A stretch of DNA of 64,000 bases from Candidatus Omnitrophota bacterium (GTDB lineage Bacteria; Omnitrophota; Omnitrophia; Omnitrophales; Aquincolibacteriaceae), in NCBI GenBank assembly GCA_022709525.1, contig JAKLIQ010000002.1, forward strand, positions 984-64,983, written 5' to 3'. Each line of letters opens with the position of its first letter. The stretch's first letter is position 1. Below are positions 1-9,200 of this stretch, in pieces. The position numbers and the translations under genes were made by a program. Under the pieces are notes generated by a model. That model saw only the letters and a program-made list of their open reading frames with translations. It did no database searches and had not been told where the DNA came from.

Positions 1-907
1 TCGCGAGATCAAACATCTCCTGGGCGGATTCCATGCGCATGACTCCGGACTGCGTAAAAACGGCGTCATACACCTCGTCGGAGCCCATGAGAGAACCCGT
101 ATGCGAACTCGCGGCCTTCGCGCCTTGGGCGGTACGGCCCGACTTGATCACAAGGATGGGCTTGGTCTTGGCGATATCCCCCGTGATCTCGCGGGCGATC
201 TCGATAAATTCATGCCCCTTCACAATATCTTCCAGGTACATCATGATCACTTCGGTGTTCGGATCATCGCGAAGGTATTCGAGAACTTCCAGCTCCGTCA
301 CATCGACTTTGTTGCCCAAGCTGACAAATTTGGAGAACCCGATATTTTCGCCGCGGGCGTAATCAAGAAGCGCCGTTCCAAGCGCGCCGCTTTGGGAGAT
401 GAAGGCGACCTTTCCGTTCGTCGGGATCGTGCCGGCAAAGCTTGCGTTAAGGTTCAGCGCCGGATCATTATTGATCAATCCGAGGCAATTCGGCCCCACA
501 ACCGCCATGCCGTAGGCGTCCGCGATCCGTTTCACTTCTTTTTCGAGGCGCAACCCTTCCCCGCCGACTTCGCGGAATCCCGCCGAAATGATGATCGCGG
601 CCTTGGCGCCTTTTTTCGCGCACGCCTCAAGCTCCGCGGGCACCGACGCGCTCGGGATAATGAAAACAGCCATATCGATCGGCTCTGGGATCTCCGCAAC
701 CGTCGGAATGCATTTTACGCCGAGGACGTCAGCGGCCTTGGGATTGACCGGATAGATCTTGCCCTTGTAGCCCTGCACCAGGTTTTTTAAAACGGCATAA
801 CCGACCGCTTCCGTACGCCGGGAAGCTCCGACCACCGCGACCACTTTCGGTTCGAACAACGCTTTCAGATCTTTTTTCTTCGATGCCATAACAGTCTCGG
901 CGTTCAT
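1..907 (-). CDS. Acetate--CoA ligase (ADP-forming) / acetyl-CoA synthetase (NDP-forming) alpha domain. Partial: the C-terminus runs off the window start. Not in the ORF track.
   Basis: I translated the reverse complement of 1..907 by hand. It gives MNAETVMASKKKDLKALFEPKVVAVVGASRRTEAVGYAVLKNLVQGYKGKIYPVNPKA...IIISAGFREVGGEGLRLEKEV...GMAVVGPNCLGLIN...ISQSGALGTALLD. This is the classic CoA-binding and succinyl-CoA-synthetase-like signature of ACD alpha. A GGAGG sits 8 nt upstream of the ATG at 907. The gene lies immediately downstream of PFOR. Confidence 0.8.
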   Translation of the reverse strand, partial: MNAETVMASKKKDLKALFEPKVVAVVGASRRTEAVGYAVLKNLVQGYKGKIYPVNPKAADVLGVKCIPTVAEIPEPIDMAVFIIPSASVPAELEACAKKGAKAAIIISAGFREVGGEGLRLEKEVKRIADAYGMAVVGPNCLGLINNDPALNLNASFAGTIPTNGKVAFISQSGALGTALLDYARGENIGFSKFVSLGNKVDVTELEVLEYLRDDPNTEVIMMYLEDIVKGHEFIEIAREITGDIAKTKPILVIKSGRTAQGAKAASSHTGSLMGSDEVYDAVFTQSGVMRMESAQEMFDLA

Positions 908-920
908 GTTCAGCTCCTCC

Positions 921-3900
921 TTACGCGGCTGGGGGTTGGGGAGCTTCGGTTTGAGATTTTGCCTGAGAAAGATACTCGAAAAGCCTCCAGCGCATTTCGA
1001 CATCCTTCTGCGCTAACTGGAAAAGCTTCTTTGCTTCCGACGGATTGCTTTTTACAAGCATCTTGAAACGGTTTTCCATCATCAGGTACTGCTCGAGCGG
1101 GAGCGACGGAGCCCGCGAATCCAGCATCAGCGGATTTTCCCCTTTTTCGACCTTGCGCGGATCGAAGCGGTAGAGGATCCACTGGCCGGAAGCGACTGCG
1201 GCTTTCTGGTCCTGAAGCCCGTTGATCATATTGATGCCATGCGCGATGCAATGGCTGTAGGCGATAATGAGCGAGGGGCCGTCGTAGGACTCCGCCTCCT
1301 GGATCGCTTTAAGCGCCTGCTGGTCGTTAGCGCCCATCGCGATCGAAGCTACATAAACATTGCCGTAGGTCATCGCGATCAGGCCGAGATTCTTTTTTCC
1401 TGTCGGCTTGCCGCCCATCGCGAATCTCGCGATCGCAGAACGCGGCGTGGCCTTGGACGCCTGCCCGCCCGTATTGGAATAAACTTCCGTATCAAGAACG
1501 AATACATTGACGTTCTTGCCGGAAGCGAGCACGTGATCAAGGCCCCCGAATCCGATATCGTAGGCCCAACCGTCCCCGCCGAAAGCCCAGACGCTTTTCT
1601 TGACAAGCGTATCCGCCAGACTCAGAAGCTGGGTCGCGTCGGGATCGTTATTGAGCGCGGCAAGTTTTTTCTTAAGCTGCGCCACGCGTTCACGTTGATC
1701 ATAGATCTCGGATTCCGTCTGCTGGGAAGCGCTCAGGATCGGCTTAACCAGATCCGCGCCGAGCTTATCCTGAAGCTTGACGAGCAATTCGGAAGCGTAT
1801 TCTTTTTGTTTATCGATCGCCATCCGGAAACCGTAAGCGAATTCCGCGGCATCTTCAAAAAGCGAATTGGACCACGCGGGACCGCGCCCGTTGGCGTCTT
1901 TCGCCCACGGCGTGGTCGGAAGGTTCCCCCCATATATAGAAGAACAGCCCGTGGCGTTCGCGATGACCGCCCGGTCACCGAAAAGCTGGGATACGACTTT
2001 AACATAGGGCGTCTCGCCACAACCCGCGCAAGCGCCGGAAAATTCAAAAAGCGGGCGCATGGCCTGCTGCTGATTGATCATCGCGGTCTTGAGTTTCCTG
2101 CGGTCATAATCCGGGATCGAAAGGAAATAATCCCATTTCGGCGCTTCAATGCAGCGAAGCGGCGCCTGGGGATGCATATTGATGGCTTTTTTCTTGGGAT
2201 CCGTTTTGCTCTTGGCCGGACAGACATCGACGCACAAACCGCAGCCCGTGCAATCCTCGGGCGCCGGCTGGATCGTGAATTTCTGGCCCTTGAAATCCGG
2301 CATCTTGGCATCCGCCGACTTGAACCCTTCGGGGGCCTTTTCAAGATACTTCGGATCATAGACCTTCATACGGATCACGGCATGCGGGCAGACAAAATTA
2401 CATTTACCGCACTGGATGCAGATCTCCGGTTCCCAAACCGGGATCTCAAGCGCGATATTGCGTTTCTCATATTGGGTCGTTGCGGTCGGAAATGTCCCGT
2501 CGACCGGCATGGCGCTGACGGGAAGGTCGTCCCCGCGCCCTTCAATGATCGTTCCGAGCACGTCCTTAACGAACGCGGGAGCGTTCGAGGTGACGGGGGC
2601 AAGCCGTTTGATCTTGCTATCGGCCACGGCCGGCACCTTTACCTCATGCAAATGCGCCAGCGTCATATCAACCGCCTGGAGGTTCTGACGGACCACTTCC
2701 TCGCCTTTTTTACCGTAAGTTTTTTCGATGGATTTTTTGATCTCAGCGATCGCTTGTTCGCGCGGCAGGACGCCGGAGATCGCGAAAAAACAGACTTGCA
2801 TGATCGTATTGATCCTCATCCCCATCCCGCTCTCGGCGGCAACCTTGTAGGCGTCGATCACATAGAACTTGAGTTTCTTGGCGATGATCTCGCGCTGCAC
2901 TTCGATCGGAATATTCGGCCAAACCGTCTCGGCGCTCCACGGGGCGTTCAAAAGGAACGTTCCGCCCGGGATCACGTTCCGGAGCATATCGTATTTTTCG
3001 AGGAAAACGGTCTGATGGCACGCGACAAAATGGGCTTTGCTGATGAGATAAGGCGATCGGATCGGTTCGGGGCCGAAGCGAAGATGCGAAACGGTAATGG
3101 CTCCCGATTTTTTGGAATCATAGACGAAATACCCCTGCGCGAAATTTTCCGTGTTCTCGCCGATGATCTTGATCGAATTCTTGTTCGCTCCCACCGTACC
3201 GTCGGAACCGAGCCCGTAGAAAAGAGCGCGAACGACCTTGTCGGATTCAATGGAATAGTCCGGATCATAAGGAAGACTGGTATGGGTCACATCGTCATTA
3301 ATGCCGATCGTAAAACCGTGTTTGGTCTTGCCCGAAGCAAAGAAGTCAAAGACCCCTTTGACCATGGCCGGCGTGAATTCCTTGGAAGAAAGGCCGTAGC
3401 GGCCGCCATAGACCTTCGGCGCCTGTTTGAATTTGGACCAGCCGTTCTGCGCCGCTTCCTGAAGCGCGCTCACGCAGTCAAGATAAAGCGGTTCGCCGAT
3501 CGCGCCAGGCTCTTTGGTGCGGTCCAGCACGATCAAATTCTTGATGGTGGACGGCAAAGCTTCCACAAAGCGTTTCACATCAAAAGGACGGTAAAGCGCG
3601 ACCTTGAGGCAGCCGATCTTCGCGCCTTTCGCGGCGAGGACTTTTACAGCTTCATCCGCCACCTCGACCCCCGAACCCATGATCACGATGACTTGTTCGG
3701 CATCCTTGGCGCCGACATATTCAAAAAGGCGGTATGCGCGGCCCGTGATCCCCGCAAATTTATCCATCGCGCGCTGAACCGCGTCAGGACACGCCTCATA
3801 GAATTTATTGACCGTTTCACGGCCTTGGAAATAAACGTCCGGATTTTGAGCGGTGCCGCGCAAGACAGGGTTGTCCGGCGAGAGCGCGCGGGCGCGGTGC

Positions 3901-4505
3901 TCAAGCACCCTGGCCATGTCGATCATCCCGCGGATCTGATCGTCGGAAAGCATGCTGATCTTCTGGACCTCATGAGAGGTGCGGAAGCCGTCAAAAAAAT
4001 GAAGGAAAGGAATGCGGGATTCTAGGCTCGCCGCTTGCGAGATCAACGCAAAATCAGTGGCCTCCTGAACGGAAGCGGAAGCGAGCATGGCATAGCCGGT
4101 CTGGCGCACCGCCATCACATCGGAGTGATCGCCGAAGATCGAGAGCGCCTGACACGCAAGCGAACGGGCGGAAACATGCATGACCATCGAGGTAAGCTCC
4201 CCCGCGATCTTATACATATTGGGGATCATCAGAAGAAGGCCTTGAGACGCCGTAAAGGTCGTTGTCAGCGCCCCACGCTGAAGAGCCCCGTGCACTGTGC
4301 CGGCGGCGCCGCCTTCGCTTTGGAGTTCGGCAACGGACGGGATCGTTCCCCAGATGTTTTTCCTGCCCTCGGACGCCCATTGGTCCGCCCACTCACCCAT
4401 CGGCGAGGACGGCGTGATCGGGTAGATCGCGATGCACTCGTTGATCCGGTACGCCACATGCGCAACCGCTTCATTGGCGTCCATGGTAATAAAACTTTTA
4501 CTCAT
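921..4505 (-). CDS. por: Pyruvate:ferredoxin (flavodoxin) oxidoreductase, single-polypeptide PFOR
   Basis: ORF of about 1200 aa. N-terminus MSKSFITMDANEAVAHVAYRINECIAIYPITPSS, two 4Fe-4S CxxCxxCxxxCP motifs (CIQCGKCNFVCPHA, CTGCGLCVDVCPA), and a TPP domain GGDGWAYDIGFGG. The ORF track begins 13 codons upstream at 4544; the MSKSF start at 4505 fits PFOR homologs better. Confidence 0.93.
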   Translation of the reverse strand: MSKSFITMDANEAVAHVAYRINECIAIYPITPSSPMGEWADQWASEGRKNIWGTIPSVAELQSEGGAAGTVHGALQRGALTTTFTASQGLLLMIPNMYKIAGELTSMVMHVSARSLACQALSIFGDHSDVMAVRQTGYAMLASASVQEATDFALISQAASLESRIPFLHFFDGFRTSHEVQKISMLSDDQIRGMIDMARVLEHRARALSPDNPVLRGTAQNPDVYFQGRETVNKFYEACPDAVQRAMDKFAGITGRAYRLFEYVGAKDAEQVIVIMGSGVEVADEAVKVLAAKGAKIGCLKVALYRPFDVKRFVEALPSTIKNLIVLDRTKEPGAIGEPLYLDCVSALQEAAQNGWSKFKQAPKVYGGRYGLSSKEFTPAMVKGVFDFFASGKTKHGFTIGINDDVTHTSLPYDPDYSIESDKVVRALFYGLGSDGTVGANKNSIKIIGENTENFAQGYFVYDSKKSGAITVSHLRFGPEPIRSPYLISKAHFVACHQTVFLEKYDMLRNVIPGGTFLLNAPWSAETVWPNIPIEVQREIIAKKLKFYVIDAYKVAAESGMGMRINTIMQVCFFAISGVLPREQAIAEIKKSIEKTYGKKGEEVVRQNLQAVDMTLAHLHEVKVPAVADSKIKRLAPVTSNAPAFVKDVLGTIIEGRGDDLPVSAMPVDGTFPTATTQYEKRNIALEIPVWEPEICIQCGKCNFVCPHAVIRMKVYDPKYLEKAPEGFKSADAKMPDFKGQKFTIQPAPEDCTGCGLCVDVCPAKSKTDPKKKAINMHPQAPLRCIEAPKWDYFLSIPDYDRRKLKTAMINQQQAMRPLFEFSGACAGCGETPYVKVVSQLFGDRAVIANATGCSSIYGGNLPTTPWAKDANGRGPAWSNSLFEDAAEFAYGFRMAIDKQKEYASELLVKLQDKLGADLVKPILSASQQTESEIYDQRERVAQLKKKLAALNNDPDATQLLSLADTLVKKSVWAFGGDGWAYDIGFGGLDHVLASGKNVNVFVLDTEVYSNTGGQASKATPRSAIARFAMGGKPTGKKNLGLIAMTYGNVYVASIAMGANDQQALKAIQEAESYDGPSLIIAYSHCIAHGINMINGLQDQKAAVASGQWILYRFDPRKVEKGENPLMLDSRAPSLPLEQYLMMENRFKMLVKSNPSEAKKLFQLAQKDVEMRWRLFEYLSQAKSQTEAPQPPAA

Positions 4506-4818
4506 TTTTTTCGCTCCGGGTTTTTCCAAGGTTTGCTGGGCCATTTGATGATTCCTTTAGTTGATAAGTTCATATGGTTCGGTCAACACGCGGACAGAAA
4601 CCTGCCGGCGCGAAATACACGAAGAGCTTTTCCCCTTCGCGCTTCATGCCCTCCGGATCTTCCAAAAATGAGGTCTGGAACGAGGAGCTTTGAATGGTCT
4701 TGAAGTCGTTCGAGAGCGCGCTGACGGGCTCTCTTTAAACCCCGCGACTTGTGGGCTGTATTCTATGATTTCAGGGCTGAAGTTTCAAGGACAAAAGCGG
4801 GAAATGGCCCGGCGGAAG

Positions 4819-6108
4819 CTAAACGTTCCACCATCCTTTCACAAAACTTCCCGGACCGTCGTAGAGCTCCCTGTAGTCCTCATTGAATCCGGTAATAGAA
4901 AAAACCTTTCTTCGCCCGGTTCGGCCCCAGGCAAAAACCTGATTATTCGCCTCGACGGAAAGCGTGTTGGTTTCGAAAAGATTGGCAAAAATACTCCCTT
5001 TCGCCGTCGTCGCTACGGCGATACGGCATTTCTTACAGCCAACAAAGACGCAATCCGAAAATTTGCCGTGCAAGTCAACGGTGTCGCAATCGATAAAAAT
5101 GCAATTGGAAGCGTCGCCGGTGACGATCTTGATCCCTTCGGTGCGGATCCAGACATTCCCCTCAAGGTCCGGCGCGCCCATTTGCGGGGCCTGGGCTTTT
5201 ATGAAATCAAAATAGACCGGGAGACTCGATGCCCAGTCCTGCCAAGTTCCCTTGACCTCCAGCCCTCCCAAGCCGATCTTGTGTTTCTTGAGATGTTTTT
5301 TGAAAGCTTTTTGAAAAACATTGAGTTTTGCATCGGGAAGCGTCAGGGTCTCGCTGACGAGCCCGTTAAAATCCCATCCGGCCTCATCCAATTCTTTGGC
5401 GAGTTTCTTTTCTTCCTTGCGGAATTCTTCGAACGCGGCCAGAAGTCCCTGCATCCCCTGGTGACTGAAATAAACCTGGAAGGTATTCCCAAGCGCCGTT
5501 CCTTCGCGAACAAGCGGGATCATCGCCGGATCTTTAGGTTTTTCAAAGAAGGCGACGATCCTCCCCGAAGGGTCCATTTGCGTGACGCCAAGTTGGCCCA
5601 CCGCGGTTGCGACCGGAACGTCTACCTGCAGCATCACCATACCGAATTGCTCGACCCTTTCCCGGAGCCTTTCGACATTGATATCGAAATAATTAAAAAA
5701 TTGATCGATCGGGATGATCATGACGGTGTTCTTCAAAAAAGGAAGGTTATGCGCCATGCAATGGAAAGTCTGGGCGATCGCGGGGCCCTTCGGGACCCGG
5801 ATCAGGGCCTTGCTGGGCTTTCCTGTCGCGTATTGCAGCGGAAAGATCCTCTTCGACATCCCGGCGTCGTGGATATAAACGATCGTATCGGGCAACTGGG
5901 CGCCGTGAGGGTAGAGGTCCAACACCTTCTTGTGGGCTTCCAAAAATCCGAGCAGGTTGCCGTGGATGCTTTCGTCCTCCTCGAGTTTCAGGAACTGGAA
6001 GGAAATATCATCACCGTGCTTGCTGCGCCACATTTCGTCAAAAATGCGTTGAAAGGAATGCTCCTCGAGCGGAGCGTACCCGTTATAGACCACCAGAACG
6101 TTCTGCAT
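4819..6108 (-). CDS. Hypothetical nucleotidyltransferase-like protein. Possibly fucokinase-family GDP-sugar pyrophosphorylase domain plus a C-terminal beta-helix.
   Basis: 429 aa ORF with GAAGGAG 8 nt upstream. The motif IHDAGMSKRIFPLQYATGKP resembles the hAGGxSxRLP...GK motif of L-fucokinase/GDP-fucose pyrophosphorylase N-domains. The C-terminus (IVTGDASNCIFIDCDTVDLHGKFSDCVFVG) looks like a left-handed beta-helix. The product call is tentative. Confidence 0.45.
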   Translation of the reverse strand: MQNVLVVYNGYAPLEEHSFQRIFDEMWRSKHGDDISFQFLKLEEDESIHGNLLGFLEAHKKVLDLYPHGAQLPDTIVYIHDAGMSKRIFPLQYATGKPSKALIRVPKGPAIAQTFHCMAHNLPFLKNTVMIIPIDQFFNYFDINVERLRERVEQFGMVMLQVDVPVATAVGQLGVTQMDPSGRIVAFFEKPKDPAMIPLVREGTALGNTFQVYFSHQGMQGLLAAFEEFRKEEKKLAKELDEAGWDFNGLVSETLTLPDAKLNVFQKAFKKHLKKHKIGLGGLEVKGTWQDWASSLPVYFDFIKAQAPQMGAPDLEGNVWIRTEGIKIVTGDASNCIFIDCDTVDLHGKFSDCVFVGCKKCRIAVATTAKGSIFANLFETNTLSVEANNQVFAWGRTGRRKVFSITGFNEDYRELYDGPGSFVKGWWNV

Positions 6109-6263
6109 AGATAGAAACTCCTTCTCAAGTTGGCGTGCTGAATAAAATGACGCTATCGATCTTTAAAATAAGCCGCACCCATGAAATTTTATTTTAGTGA
6201 AACTACACTTGCAATACCCTTTTGACAACAAAAAAATCCTCCCACGATCGAAAAGGTTCGCGA

Positions 6264-9200
6264 TTAAGCCGCTGTCTCGATCGACTCCTTCGCTTGGAAT
6301 GCGTTGTTAAATTCCTCGACGGCAACCGACCAGCCGCTCTTGCTATTCCGTTTGAGGAATGAGGACCCGGGCATATCTTCCAGATAGGTTTTCAAAAGTT
6401 CTGGATTTTTGGCGATCGCTTGCTGGGCGCTGCGGCTGAGTATCATATATTTGTAAAGCATATGCTGGACAATAAGCTTGACTACCTGTCTTGCCGCCGG
6501 ATCTGCCAATTTAAAATGATCAAGGTTGGAATTGCAGAGCAAAACCCCCAGCTCGCTAAAACCTATATCCTTGCTGGTGATACCAAACCATAATTCTCGA
6601 CTATCGGCGGTTATCTTGTTTGAAGCAAGCCGGTTCACGTCCTTGCCGGAATAGTTCAGCGGCGTGAAACGGTTTGTGACTTTGTGATAGCCGCGACCCG
6701 GCACATTCTCCTTCTCCTTGCCGTCATAAAAGACCACCAACTGGCGCAATTCCTCCAGCGACTCGATGATCCCCAGGATGTCGCTCGAAGTTCCGGGCGT
6801 GTGGTCCATAAGGATATTAATGGGCACGCCTTTCATTTTTGAGAGGAGTTCCGCGTTAGCCGCTACAAGCTGTTTTACGAGAGCGTTAAGTTTTGCGCGA
6901 TCGTACTGCGTCAGCTCAGCTTCTGCGGTAATTGCAACGGGGGCGGTGGTCAATTCGCCTGCGATGATCGTATTGAGACGGCTGAACTCTGCTGCGGTAT
7001 TGACTAGCCGCGCCTTATCTCCCAATCCGGTTTCAAACGCCGCCCAGGCATCCGGAATACCTAAAATGACCGCGTCGGCATTCGGCAGATTATTCAATAT
7101 TTCAACAAACTCTGCTATCGCGAGATTAAAAAGCGGGGCAAGGTTGCTGAAACCACGCTCCCCGCTCCGCTTTAATTGCGCCAGCACATTTTTTACTTCC
7201 GCGTCTGAAGGGTTCCTGCCAAGCGCCGCCAAAATTTGCGCAGAATCAGAACCCGTCAATAAAGTAAACGAATTGTCAGGACTCACTACTGTGCGAACCT
7301 CGGCCCGCTTAAAAGCCTGATTGAAAGCGCTCTCTCCCGCCAGGGTCTTTGTTGCGTCATTCCGGATCATTTCCAATCCTTCGACCATTTTGACAACAAA
7401 ATCATTCGGAAGCCGCTCTGGATCGGGATAACTCGATCGAGCCGTTTCCAGAAAATTCACTACACGCTCATCCAGAAAAGCGCGGTATTTCAGAAAGAAA
7501 GGAACAATGCCCGGCCTACGCCAATCCGACTCATCAAAAAACCTGTCCCATAGGATCTGCTTGGCTCGAGGGTCTTTTACAGATACCCCCCCATCAAGAT
7601 CTCCGCGCCTGAAAACGGGGATTCCATTCTCCCTTTCGCTGCTGCACCAAAAATTATGAACGAAAGAATCTTCAAAATAGAACCCGAGGATCTCGCCTTC
7701 TCTTATCGATCGGAACGCTTGGAGTAAAAACTCAAGGGAATAAAACGCATAGGATGTCTTTTCCGCCCCCGGTTCTTCCGGAGCTCTCAGAAAAAAATCC
7801 ATTATTGTGAACGCGCTTTTCGGAGGAACCCCGTACCTGTCCTCCAATCCTTCGAACGGTATAAGCTGAAATTCATCCAGAAAGTCGCTATCCCTGTAAT
7901 TGCTTACCGCGATAGGCGAAGTCCAATCCGAAATAAGCAAGGGATAAACATTTTCTGCATCCCGCTGGTCGTCCGCCGCTATATTGGACATTACCAAGTG
8001 GGGAATCTCTTTTTGATTTTTACCGATCATCTCATCCGCAGCGTCCAATTCGCTCTGGGTGGGATAGACTTTTATGGCAACGAGTTTTTCAGGAATTTGA
8101 TCCGAGCCCTGTCTCATTTGCATGGCCAACACGATCAGACTGCTGCCATCATATTTGGTCAGGCGTTGCAGCACTTCATAATACATCGAATCAAACTCGA
8201 CTTTTTTGCCCACTTCCGCCCACCCCGGAGACTTTCCATACGGTTTATATTCCCGGGCATTTCTTGGAATGTTCTGAATTACCTTTTCAAATCGTTCTCG
8301 CCACTTCATCCGCATCTCAGCGCGGACCCGAACGCCTTCCTTTGACTCCAGAACCCCCCTTTCGATAGCTGCTGGTTTTTCGAAAGATTCCAGATCCAAC
8401 CCCGCAACGTTCGGCAAAGTGATCTGGGTAGGGTCGGATATGCCGAGAATTCTGAGCAGATCCGCGACCGTTAAATCCCACAACTCCGGATTTTCTCCCG
8501 TCTTCTCCAAAATATCTCGCAGCAACTTTGCGGTAACTATGGTCTGCTCACGTTTTTCTGAAATCGAAACCGTACGAGCGTTATCCGGAATAATAAGGGC
8601 CTTTTTATAGCCGAAATCCAGCGTCGCAGAAACATACCCCCTATTCCATTCCCCCATTTGAGCCTTCCGGGCTAGATCACTATGCGAAGCGGTCAAAAAT
8701 CCCAAAGGTCTTACGGGGCTGACCGCGACCCGGAGGTCCCGCCCGTATTGAATATTCAAAAGAACATTTCTTTTTTTCACGCCGGGTTGAATATAATTTT
8801 TGAGGATCTCCGGCGCGTCTTCGGCGGACATGCCGCTAAAAAGTTTGTCCCCGAGCCACGACAGCGATTCTTCTTTAAAATACCTCTCCTCCGCCGCACG
8901 CGTTTCAGCGCGGGTTTTCGGGCGATCCGTCCGACGAATGGTGATGCGCCCCTTCGTGTCAATTTCTCCTTCGCCCAACAAATCTTCTGCTGCAAAATCT
9001 CCGCTCCTGATCGTTAATTTTCGGAGACCGTCCCTTTCGGGGCTCGAAACGATCAAGTTGATCCCGTAACCGCTCGTAACATCGCTAATGATCTCTCCCT
9101 GCTTATACTGCTTACTAAAACCGGAAATAATTGCGTCGCTAAAATCCGGCTCTTCGGAAGCGCCGTTCATAAATACATGAAAAACAGATCCCTCGCCGAT

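Noticed and set aside
101-790. 229-aa and 109-aa plus-strand ORFs at the window start
   Set aside because: Antisense to the hand-translated ADP-forming acetyl-CoA synthetase gene, which has unmistakable CoA-binding motifs.
1239-4025. 928-aa plus-strand ORF
   Set aside because: Exactly antisense to the PFOR gene. Arg/Gly/Asp-rich, no motifs. A typical stop-codon-free antisense frame of a GC-rich gene.
4690-6114. 474-aa plus-strand ORF
   Set aside because: Antisense to the 4819..6108 minus-strand gene, which has an RBS and a coherent domain structure.
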